34,104 nucleotides of DNA from Folioceros fuciformis (lineage: Eukaryota), in the NCBI GenBank assembly GCA_049999805.1, contig JBNGIO010006379.1, positions 251,614 through 285,717 of the forward strand, in the 5' to 3' direction. Under the pieces are notes generated by a model, which saw only the letters and a program-made list of their open reading frames with translations, did not search any database and was not told the origin of the DNA. Below, in pieces: positions 1 through 11,200 of this stretch. The stretch's first letter is position 1, and every line of letters begins with the position of its first letter. The translations under genes and the position numbers were made by a program.

Positions 1-135
1 CAGCCTTCACACATCCATCCAATGTCGTCCGTGGTTCGTGCAGCCGGGCGCGGCTGAAGAAGTTTAGGGAGTTTCCAAGATCCGAACTCGCCAACTCTTA
101 CGAGAATTGGCGCCTCGCCAATTCTCCCTCTTCCC

Positions 136-363
136 TCAGCCAGAGAGGCTGGAAATGCTGGAGAGGCTGTTGCAGCTCCCCCCGACGCTGCCCGCGTATC
201 TGAAGCTCCTGTTCGAGATCCCCCCGATGAGGGACGAGACGGAATGCAGCAGTTTGCAGGCGATGGCGGCCTTGACAGCCCCCCGCCTGCGCCGGCGCCG
301 CTTGCCCGCGGCCGACATGGCCAGCGTCCCGGGCCTCGGCGCGCTCACATCCATCTGCGCCAT
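136..363 (-). CDS. Putative small basic plant protein (75 aa) with KRRRRRRGAVKAAI motif
   Basis: Single-exon ATG..TGA ORF with strongly G/C-ending codons and a 5'UTR-like leader (CAA/CAG-rich, 364-500). The motif resembles, from recollection, the uncharacterised short plant proteins with 'RRG(Q/A)(I/V)KxxI..xLxxSV'. Not confirmed by search. Confidence 0.5.
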   Translation of the reverse strand: MAQMDVSAPRPGTLAMSAAGKRRRRRRGAVKAAIACKLLHSVSSLIGGISNRSFRYAGSVGGSCNSLSSISSLSG

Positions 364-1255
364 CGAGTTGCTAGTTTGATCTTGCGGGCTCGCTGTTGCT
401 GTTCCAGTTGCAGTTGTTCCGGAGGAGGACCCTGCAGAGTAGAATGCAGACTTGAGGCTTCGGCCGCCACACCAGAAGAGAGCAAAGAGGAAAGCGCAAT
501 TTTCAAAATGCCCGACAGGAGCTTTTAACCGACAGAGGAGCAGGCAGGGGGCACAGATATGCTCAGGGAATCAAGTTTGCCGCAGGGAGGCCAGCGGAGG
601 AAGCAGGGGAGGAAGGCGCCGAAGCTAGGGCCACAGCGACTGCGGGAAGACGTCAAGGCTAACTTGGACCGGCCCAAATATCACGCGGCACAAGGGATGG
701 ACAGCACGCTGGTCCGTTTTAGGGTTGAGACTTGCGTGATCTTCAGGACAAAGACGCCGTAGCGTGCGGCACAAGGAGGAGGATATTCTAGGAGATGCTC
801 TCTGGCATCTCCCAATTCTCTGCGCTGTGACTGGCCGCTGGCTGCTAGCCGCTGGCTGCTGCTCCCTGTACCGTGGGATAAAAACAACGTGTCCAAAAGT
901 TGGTGTCCATCCCCTGGCCGCTGCTTCCTCCAGCCCCCTGAGGCTCTCCACTGGAAGCTGAACAGTGGCCCAACGGACACGGACGGGGCGCCCATTGATT
1001 AGAGGCCTCCTGGCCTCCTGGCAAGGCTGGCCTCGGTCATTGAGGGCCGCTGCTATCAGAGAACCTGAGTAGGCTGCAAGAAAGACAGTAGTCAATACGC
1101 GCGGCCACGTCTGCAACATCGCTTACAGATGAAGACTTCCCTGTTGACGGATGATCCTCAACACTGCGGACCTTTGAACTACTCTATCCAAAGCAGGCAG
1201 ACTCGCAGGTAAAAGATTAAATTGAAGGGTACAGTGCAACTAAGTCGCATGACTG

Positions 1256-1327
1256 AGGAGGCAACCAGGGTTGAACTGGTGACCTATCGGACTGCAGCCG
1301 ATTGCTCTACCACTGAGCTATACCTCC
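1256..1327 (-). tRNA. tRNA-Cys(GCA)
   Basis: GGAGGTATAGCTCAGTGGTAGAGCAATCGGCTGCAGTCCGATAGGTCACCAGTTCAACCCTGGTTGCCTCCT. Acceptor stem GGAGGTA/TGCCTCC with U discriminator; D-arm with box A; anticodon stem ATCGG/CCGAT with loop CT-GCA-GT; T-arm ACCAG-TTCAACC-CTGGT. Confidence 0.96.
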
Positions 1328-1348
1328 CTATAGCCATGTTTCACATTA

Positions 1349-1363
1349 GCTTATATTTATATC
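1349..1363 (-). promoter_or_regulatory. TATA-like element upstream of the tRNA-Cys gene
   Basis: GATATAAATATAAGC at about -22 to -36 from the mature tRNA 5' end, as is typical of plant Pol III tRNA genes. A T4 run downstream (1211-1214, minus) is a candidate terminator. Confidence 0.5.
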
Positions 1364-1399
1364 AATTTAAATAAAAGAACATTTCAAATGTGAATAAAG

Positions 1400-4300
1400 T
1401 TAGTGACAATTTAGATCTTTCTCTACAGCAAGAGAAAGGCCAGAGTTCTTAAATTCTACATGTAGTGCTTGCGTTGTCGATGGTTCTTGTTTTCCCAATA
1501 TACCTTTGAAGACTTGAGCAAATATAACTCTCGATTCAAACAATGGCAAAAATGTGCAAACAATAGATGAGAATAGTGCCCAAATGATGGAGATAACGAC
1601 CCATAGCGTGAAGTATTTCTGTGAACAAGAATAATGTAATTGAAATTAAGCATCAAATAAGTGTACATAATGTAGCTGCGTCTATTCATACACGAATGAC
1701 TTTGGCATGTAGAATGACTTACCTCCGAAAAGACACCTGCCGGTAGGGCAAGGAGAGGCCAAACTATGCAGGTGATGAAAATGATTCCCAATGCAATGAA
1801 TAGGGTGAGTCGAAAATATCGCTCCATGGCTTTCTGGTCGTTCTGATCGTATTGTGATATGTCGATGCCATCCATCACCTCTATCTGTTGGAATCTGCTG
1901 CATACGTGGTACCGGGGTTAGCAGCTTAGCCATCTGAGGTTAGAGCTTTGGGTATCCACATGTGTGTCAAAATCCAGAGTTCGCACCTTCCGTAGCTGTC
2001 AGTTTTGTCTGGATTCAGAAGAGTCCAAATGAGAATTACAACTGCCGACCCAATGAGAGAAACCAACGTTCCAGTCATAGTAGGACCAAGCTCCTGAAGG
2101 CTGTGTTGGACGCTCAATTCATGATATGCCCACTGAGTTGATACATTGCCCAACACACAGAAACACATGTACCGTGAATGGGCTCTTCAAGCTGAGGGTG
2201 CAATGTCAAAGAGAACCCAAAGGGCTGAGGCATCACCTGGGCATGACACAACCATGTAGTGATTCCTGCAGCCTGCCCAGCCAAAGCTCCTAGTATGACT
2301 GCTCCTGAGGGGACCGCTGGCCACATGAGCATCATAGTGAGAGGGGCAACGGAGGAGCAGGCAAGGATGCCTATCACCAGAAACAGGAAGTTGACGTCCA
2401 CGTCTATCTGCAAGTCATCCGTCAGTCGTGACCAGGAAAATTGCAGGCCATCTTTCACACCTTCTCTAGCGGCCAAAAGCAGTAATCCGTTTTACTGTCA
2501 AAGATTGGGGGATTCAGATCTCACCAGATGCAAAACACAGGCAAGGCCACCCATGGAGAGTCCGAAGAGAATCAGGGCCCATCTCGAAACCAACAGCATC
2601 TCTGTTCCCGAAGCTTGTGGTTTCAGGTATGCCTGCACAGATTTACAAAGCTCATGCCACCCAAACCACTGCTTCCTGCACCATCGCCTTGATTCTCCTC
2701 CTAGTTCGAGCTCACCTTGTAAATGTCGTATGTGAAGATTGAGCTCATGGCGATAAACTCTGCTGAGCCGGCCGAGGTTACCGCCATGAAAACCATACTC
2801 AACACGAGTATCACCCCTCCTGTCATGCACCGAGCGTCATGACGCGAGAATAACACTAATTTCAAAGTTCAGACAAATAGATTCTGGTAGCCAAGTAGTC
2901 CCTTAATACCTGATCCTAGGACGCATTGTGCAGCAGCTACTGGCACCAAGCCAGAATTAGCTTCCAGGGATGTGAGGGGAAGGTCCAAGGCCCTAGCTGA
3001 CAATCCCAGGGAAGTTGCCAGAGCAAATGGGATAGGTAGCCACAAGAATGATCCCAACAGATAACCCTTGTAGGAGGCTTCCGGAGTGGCAGCAATGGCT
3101 CCCTTCAGATAAGTCAAGGGTTAAAACTGTGGGTCAACATCTGCAACAACTGAAGCCTACTTCGAGGGCTTTATGCCAAGTACCTGCCAATAGGCTTGAT
3201 CTGCCCAAACTGTTCCGAAGGAACCAGCTAGAATGTTCACTCCAAACTGCAAGCCTCCTCTGCTGAACATGGTCAGGTAGCTACCACCTCTGTTGCCTGG
3301 GCACGCCATCAGCCAACACTTCAGCTGCATGTGTCAAGCCTGGCAGGAGAACGTAGAGGTATAATGTTTTGCCACGAGGCAGGTGCTTTACCTGAAACTG
3401 GAACAACATGTGCATACTCTGTGAGGTTTTGCCAAACTTTGCTAATGCTTCCTATTGGCTCTTTGTTGGATGCGTACACCTGCCATTTTTAACTTTGTCA
3501 CTGAAACAAGCATGCAACTGCTTCCAGGCAAGCCTATGCACAGTAGATCATAGTTCAACTTACTGTGAAGCAGAAGACATTGAGTGTGATGAAGATGATG
3601 ACTGTGTGCAGGTACGACGATGTAAATGTTGCTTTAAGCCCGCCGGCCACGGTATAAACAATAACGCTCACGGGAATCAACATCAAAGCTGCATACACGT
3701 TCATGCCTGCATTTCACTCATCCAGTTCAGAACGCCAGCAGGATTTCTTTGTCAGTAGCCATGCCACAGTTTCATAAGTACCTGTTGATGCCACAAGCAC
3801 ATTCCCTGCTCCAAGAATAAGCAAAGCGCTGACGATGAAATTATTTAGATAGCATAGGTACATGAACACCTGGAACACCGCGACAACGTGACAAATGCAT
3901 TCCATCGTATATGTGTGTAGACTAAAAAACACATCGGCGGCAAAGCCAGCTCAACTTAAACAAGTGCCAAATTGCGCATGTACTTACAAAACCGGCTGTG
4001 TGACCCCAACGGCGCCTAACCAGCTCCACGACCGTGTGCCCCATTGGTGCTCTGCGTTTGATCTGCAGAGCCACTGTACTAAACAAGAAATACTGTACAG
4101 CTGCACCAGCCCCATACCTTCACACAATTTGCGATGGTGTTAAGCTCCGGGCCCCAAATTTTCGAAATTTCGCGGCAATCGTGATAGCGTCTTGAACAGA
4201 TTCTCACCAGAATCCTCCGCTGATTCCAAGTTTGAAGGCTTCATTGCTGGATTGCAGCAGCGTTGACACCCTGCAGAGACGACGTCCATCGCAGCAGAGA

Positions 4301-4708
4301 AAATCATTTGTCCGCTGATTATGGCCAGCAGTGCAGAACCGTGAGCTTACCATGTTCCCCGGCTGACGATGTCAACCGCCGTCAGTCCGGTTTTGATGTT
4401 TCTCCCCGCTGTGTTGAATTCCTCCGAGTGGTAGACGCTGCCAGCGAACTTCTTATCCAAGTGCATGATCAGAGTTGTGACCGCCGCAAAAAACAACCCA
4501 AATCCACAAACAATGCCGTACCCAACACTCTGCAAATTCGGCAACGGCTCAAGTTACATCACTTGCTACGAGGTGTCTAGATTTCCCCAAGAGCCTGCAC
4601 TGCTAGCTGCTAAGATCTTACTTGGGGGAAGATTGCATTGCCATTGAAGAAGCTGGTTCGATTGTCAAATTGGTGCAACCCAAAGAGATTGGGTTCGCCG
4701 AGAGGCAT
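1400..4708 (-). CDS. DUR3: DUR3-like urea/H+ symporter (sodium:solute symporter superfamily), divergent, 15 exons
   Basis: The spliced reading frame, joined by GT-AG introns, runs [40 protein letters not shown]...[15 protein letters not shown]...STLLQSSN...[18 protein letters not shown]...GGSYLTMFS...YKGYLLG...[11 protein letters not shown]...TYDIYK...[19 protein letters not shown]...DLNCH*. ATG at 4708, TAA at 1402-1400. No frameshift found. Confidence 0.88.
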
Positions 4709-5416
4709 TGTGACGAAGAGACAGACGGATCATACATCTGCATGGGCTTTATCCATATTTCGTTCGAGTGAGAGGAAAGCTTTGGGTCATTCCCACCTTG
4801 ACAAGTTCTGGATGGCCGGTGTAGAGTGCAGGTCACAAGGAGTCTCCGTGACGAAAACGTAGTATCTGTGAACATACTGCTTTTCCATTCGCGTTAGAGG
4901 TCCAGGTTAGCGATCGACTGTCAGTCGGGATCATGTGCTGCAGGTACCAGTCGCTGTCAAGACGACTCCATGCAGAAATGCTTATTATGTACGTAGATGG
5001 GACACAGATCCCACATTTCTAACCCAAGTTTCCACTCCTCTGTCGAAGAGCTAACTTTCCTCCCCATCAGCGAGGCCACAATTAGCAAGTTTTTCTTCAA
5101 GGCCATGCAGAGCTTCCGCAAGGCCGCGCCAAACAGTTGGAGGGGTTTCACAAGGGCATGCAGAAGAGCAGCCACTTCTGCCTAAACAAACTCACACTTA
5201 AGAGACAACTCTATTATGCACTATACCAAAACTGTCCGACTACTAAAGCCGCTTGCCTCCGTAGTTGTTTAAGTCGTCATTTCTTTTGAAACCAGCTCCC
5301 CCAAATTCTTAGTTCGCTTCACAAGATTGAGACAGTTACTCTCTGCCACCAGCACCAATGAAAAAAAAAGGCCCGGAGAAAGAGTGTGCAGTAGTTTCCG
5401 TGCTGTATACGACAAT

Positions 5417-7459
5417 CTAGGTGACCCTGTACTCCAGGAACATGAGCAACTTCTCCGCAAGGAGCTCGTGATTCCCGTATTGGGGCCTTTCCGGACTCAT
5501 CCAATCCTTCTCTGCAATAACCGTTTTGCCCCCAGCTCCAGCTGTTAACATTTCAGCTTCAAACTCTGCAACAATACGATATATGCAGACGCGAAGAACG
5601 TCTGCCAGAGCATGACCCTTTCTGTGCATAGCAGTGTTTTTGGGAAACAGAAATCCTGGTTTCTTAACTGCTTCAAAAACCCCGCCTCGGGATGGCATGG
5701 TCCACCTAATGCTGTTTGGCCCTACAAACTTGCTACTTTCAGTGTGGCTCCGGCGACCGAGGTAGACCTCCAAAACCAGGAGACAGGACAATAAGGAGGA
5801 TATAACTGCCCCATTAGAACCACTTAGCTGGGCCACACCAAACCTGTCTTCGTACCGAGAAATGGCTGTCAATGAGGCCACAGTTCGGGCACACCAGGAG
5901 CACAACTGGAAGGGCAAGTTCAGACGTCAGCTGGAAGGGGCAGAAAAGTGAAGAATGCACAAGGGTTTAGGGTTGCAGAACGACATCAAGACAGGTTGTC
6001 CGACAGACCTGGAAGTTAAAGACGCCCCTCGAGTCGATGCCAGGCCCTATTTGCACCAGCTCATTCGGTGATAACATTTGCTTCATAAGATGGCCGTTTT
6101 CAGTCTGGAAACCTTCCAGACCACCCGCAAGTTTCGAAGTAAGAGCATTGATGGGGCTGAGACATAGTCCAATTATACTCTTGTACGTCTCTGCCGTTTC
6201 TTCGAACAGAGCAGCACGCCTCCATGTATCCCCATTGGTTTCTGCAACCATGCACAAATCTAGGTAGGCCAGATACTGCAAAATAGAATGATCTTCCGAA
6301 TCTCTTAGTGCCGTAAGCAAAGGTTCTGTGGGGTCAGTTTCTGCCGCAACTGAGCCAAGAGGAGACTCAAACTTGTGGTGCTTGGTGTGAACGACCTGTT
6401 TCCAGGGCATGAAATCAAATGTAACCATTAGACCTGGGAACACTGAGTAGCCATTTCAATGAGAGTGCAGCAGAAAACTGCCGTAAGCAACAACAAGCAG
6501 CAAGAGGTACCTGAATCAGATGATGACCAAACTCCCAGCTTAAAACAGTGAAGAGAGAAGCCACCGAGAACAAGAGAGTGTTCCTGACAAAAGAAGGGTA
6601 GTCGAGTGCCGTCAAAATGTTGCCCCGAAGAGCCAGTAACGCTCGGAAGAGCCCAAAGAACACAGCTGCACTAGAAATCTGTAGGGCCCGGTTTGCAGCG
6701 ATGGGAATAACAAGTTTGAATGCAAAGTAGAAGAGCCGCTGTCCAGAAATCACACCACCAAATTAGTCACACGTGACCTCTACAACCTTAGGGGCAAGCA
6801 GAAACGGAGTTTTGAGAACAGAAGATCTACAAGCCGTCCTGAAATTAACTCGAACAGAATGGTTGAAGGTACAGACACACCTGGATGATGGGAAAGGTAA
6901 GCACAGCTTTCTTCCAATATAGATGAAAGCAGAAGTACACGAGGCCCAGCATCACACCCTGAACACTCAGTTCGAGCACAACCCTCCATTGCAGCACACC
7001 ATACAATGCAGATACCAGCGAAAACACTCCCAGCAGCCCCGAAAGCGCACACAAGAGTAAGAAGCCACAATGCAGGCCTGTCACACGTATTCTCCGATGC
7101 AAAGCAGCCGCTTGCCGGTTCGACTGCTTGTCCAGAGATGGACCCACAATCAACCACCAGGTATGCTGCCATATATAAGACAGCAAATCTCCCGCAGACG
7201 CTGCATCTACATCCTCTGGCTGCAATATAAACGCGGTCCCGAGCAGGAAGAGTATCTGCGATGACTGGAACACCAGAAACCTGATAATCCCCCAGATCGA
7301 AGCCAAGAACAGAGGTCCGAATTCATAGTACCGACTAGACGTGCCTCCGGAAAAAGTGCATTCCCACATCAACCAAACAATTGTGGACATGGCCGCATGG
7401 ACAAGCCCGCAACGGATCCACCGCTTCCCCACTACCTCCCACCAGAAGGGATGCGCCAT
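5417..7459 (-). CDS. NDC1: Transmembrane nucleoporin NDC1, 4 exons
   Basis: Multi-TM N-terminus and plant NDC1 motifs FPIIQ|R, YLAYLDLCMVAETNGDTWRRAALFEETAETYK, SLTAISRYEDRFGVAQLSGSN and ALADVLRVCIYRIVAEF. ATG in gacATGG context at 7459, TAG at 5419-5417. Confidence 0.88.
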
Positions 7460-7929
7460 GTCCACAATACAATCCGGTATCACCACCGGAAATTACCACT
7501 GGCATCCAATATCACCGCAAGTCTCGTCATTCTCCTCCCGTAGCCATCGCCGGCAGCTCAACCTGCACCAGCCCTGGTATCAAATGAGGACGGCAAAGCA
7601 CACTCTCCGACCGACAAGAAAACGAAGACCTCAGGGCAGCGTAAAACCTAAGACTGCCTCCAGTCCCAGCCGCGCTTTCAAGACAGCCAATTCACGAATT
7701 GCAACACGCCGATGACCTAGCCCAAATCCAAATCCAACACGCACTCCAGCAACTCGGCGAGCTGACAGGCCAGGAGCCTGGAGGAGTATGCAAAATCAAT
7801 TCACTGTAATCCCCCTGCAATCGCAGTCTGCCGACGGCCCAACGAACCAACAGTTCAGGGGAAAGTACCGCACAAGCGCTTGCCGCCGCAGATGACAAGA
7901 GCCATCCTGAAGGAAATGCCAGTGAGGGC

Positions 7930-8061
7930 GCGTACCTCACGTGATCAGTCGCACGTGCGCGGCCAATTGGAGACGCGTCGAGGAAGCGGGGGCCGGGAGG
8001 GACGTTCATTCGACTCCTACACCTTGATCCGATCGGAATCGAGGAAATCGGAATCGAGGAA
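7930..8061. promoter_or_regulatory. Divergent (bidirectional) promoter core between NDC1 and MRL1
   Basis: Two palindromic G-boxes (TCACGTGA 7937-7944; CGCACGTGCG 7950-7959), palindromic CCAATTGG (7963-7970) and a tandem ATCGGAATCGAGGAA x2 (8032-8061), midway between the head-to-head start codons. Confidence 0.45.
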
Positions 8062-8299
8062 GAAGCAGGCAGGCGGGGGGGGACTACGAGAGGTGATCTC
8101 CAGGCTCCAGGGCGGACGTAACAGAGCTCCCGAGATTCGAAAGTGGCGGGAACGAGAGGCGTGGAGTGGAGTGGAGTACAATGCGCTCTCTCACCACCAG
8201 CTGATGAGAGCCTGCGAGATTAGGGGCCCTTTTAAGATTAGGCAGCGCGCAAGATAAGGCTGATTTGGCGCAAGGGGAAAGCAAGCAGGAGAAGAGGAG

Positions 8300-11200
8300 A
8301 TGGAGATGGAGTGGCCTGGCTGGGCCAGGCCAGGCCACGCCATGGGCCTTGCTCCTCCCTCCGTTTGGCTGCCGCGCGCGCAGCCTCAACCCATCGCGAT
8401 GCCCCGCCTGCTGCAGCGCCTGTCGGATGCAGCGGCCGCGCACCCGCGCCCAGTGGCGCACTCGGCCGCCACGCAGCGAGCGTTCCTGCCGCTCCCGCTC
8501 GGGAGCAGCAGCAGCAGTGGCGGGGGCAGTGGGGGCGACGACGCCTGTGCCAGCTCCTCTTCCTACGCGGACGACGACGCCAGAGCCGGCCTCGCCCGTG
8601 CCAGGATCACCTGTATGCAGAATGTAGAGGACAGGGCGGCCGGGGGCGGCGTCAGTGCACGGGCCGGGGAATTGAGCACCAGGGACGCATTCTGGAACGA
8701 TGTCATGGCACACGTGCGGAGCAAGCCGGGAGGTCAGCCGGGATACTTCTACGTCGCCCCGCTGCCGCAATCGCTGGCAGAGCTCCTGCCCCTGGCCCCG
8801 GATGTGGATCCCGAAGTCTGCCTCGCCTTGTACAATAAATTGCTCAGGGCCGACAGGTACATCGCCTGGTCCGGATGTGGTGCTGAGCTGCGTGAGCCAT
8901 GGTATGTGGTTAAACGCCGCGGTGTTGGATTGCCAGGCTGCAGGATTGTCTTGTACTATTGGATCATATGGACAGGGCGGGGATACTGGATATGAATAAG
9001 GTACGATTCCTGGCTCATGGATTCCGTGAGGTTTGAGGTTCGTGCCGATTTCTGTTTGTTCTGCCTGATGAAATGTATGCCCCGCGCAATGTAATGCAGA
9101 TCCTCCATATGAGGTTCTATGAAGAGTGCAAATCTCGGAAAGCTGTGGCCGAGGCTTTTAGATTTACGCTTCTGATCAAGGAAGCAACCCTTAGAAAGTA
9201 CACTATGCTGCTGTCGGTGTGCGCTGCAGCTGCAGATGCAGACGGTAGGTAGACCGGTGAGGTGAAACTATGTCGAGATGTGCAATTTATCCACCTCGAA
9301 GTGCGTATGTTGATGGTGCGGATCTTACGATTGGATTATTTGTGTCTCGTAGGTGCATTGAGGGCCTTCTCTCTGTTGGAGAGGGAAGGTCTGAAGGCTG
9401 ACTGCATTATATACACTGCTGCCATCTCGGCGTGTGCCAAAGCGGGGTGTGTGGACCTCGGTTTCAAGGTGAGTTTGCCGCTAGCGTCGTGGTCGTTCCT
9501 CGTCAGGACGTGTGCAAAAGCGTAGTCTGGTCGTAGTCACAGGTTTCGGGCTGCATCAAGCTCTCACTTTGTCACTGTGGTGGCAGCTTTTTTTTGAGAT
9601 GGATAGTGTAGGAGTGAAGCCAAATCAACACACATTTGGTGCCATGATCGATGGCTGCGCCCGTGCTGGTCTCCTGGCTAAAGCTTTTGGAGTGTATGGG
9701 ATCATGCTGTCGAAGGTCAGCAACAGCTTCCTGGTCCGGCTGTCCTTGACATCTGGCTTTGCCTCATGCCATCTGCCCTTGGGTGTGCAGAATGTGAAAC
9801 CGGATATCGTCATTTTCAACTCCCTCATCAATGCCTGCGGCCGCGCTGGAGCCGTGGATCGTGCATTTGATGTCTTGAGTGACATGAAGAACGAAGACAC
9901 AAAGGTCGAACCTGATCACGTGACATATGGTGCACTCATTTGCGCTTGCATTCGTGCTGGACAGGTCAGGGCCAAAAGGATCTCAGCTTTTTGCTGTATC
10001 TGCTTTCTTAAAGCTTATGTTCGTGAGGGAGCTAAACAAGGATTTCGCAGGTAGACAGAGGACTTGAAGTATACAAGATGATGCATGAGAGCGGATTTGT
10101 TGGAAGTCCTGAAGTCTACACTGCAGCTGTACATGCGCACAGTCTCACGAAAAACGTGGATGGCGCTTTTGAAGTGCTCAATCACTTGCGAACAAAGGGC
10201 GTCAAGCCAGATGATGTACTGAGCATTCTGACGAACAAGCATGTTCTTGGCAACCTTTGACAGCTCAGGTACTTTGTGACGAGTTGAAGGAAGTAGTTGC
10301 CTGATTTCTATTTGACTTTTTGTGAACCACAGGTATTTTTCAGTGCCTTGATTGACGTTGCCGGACAAGCAAGGAAGATAGATGTTGCATACAGTATCTT
10401 GGAGGAAATGAGGAAAAGCTCTATACAACCTGGCCCTCCTGCCTACAGTGCGATGATGGGTGTCTGCAGCATTGTAAGACTCATACTTCACTGTGTTTGG
10501 CAATATCCTTTGTGTTTATCCTCATCCTGATTCACGTCTGCGATGCAGATGAAGGATTGGGAAAAGGCCCTAGCTGTCTACGAAGAGATGAAAAAGACTG
10601 AAGTGATTCCAACTGTTTCAACTTTGAATGCTCTCATGAATGCCCTATGTATGTGCACTGCTCACGCCTAACCGCCACATTCTCTGGTCCTAGAGTTTCA
10701 CACAAGTCCTGTGATTGATTGTTTCTACCCCCAAATCTGTTGTTTTCCCTTCCCAATCCAGGTAGCGGAAAGCTCTTGCTAAAGGCAATGGATCTTTTGA
10801 AAGAAATTCGGGATGCAGGAGTTTTGCCTGATCAGATCACTTACACTATTTTGCTCAATGCTTGTAAAAGGTCAGTGGAAGGTGTGCGCTGCACCGTGTT
10901 CTCTTGTGGTGTCATATGTTGCACTATCGTAGATTCACGGGTGTAACATCCCATCGACAGGTCAAATGAAGCAGAGCACGCATTTGATCTCCACATGAGC
11001 ATGATGTCTGAAGGCCTGTCTCCAACTCTTGCCATTTGCGATTGTATCACAGGTCTGTGTAGAAATTTATCGTGGGAGTTATTTATTTACTGCTGGCAGC
11101 CCGTTTGCCATTGGTTTAGCATACTGATTTGATGTTCTAACATTTTCCTTTTAGCGCTTAGGCATTTGCTTGAGACGTGTCCAGGCATGTGCACCGGCGC

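Noticed and set aside
781-812. P1BS site GGATATTC and 8-bp hairpin GGAGATGC/GCATCTCC
   Set aside because: Single short motifs expected by chance in 34 kb.
625-1119. 164-aa minus-strand ORF with a signal-peptide-like N-terminus
   Set aside because: No recognisable domain, no codon bias, and it lies in the promoter zone between the tRNA and the small gene; probably a chance ORF.
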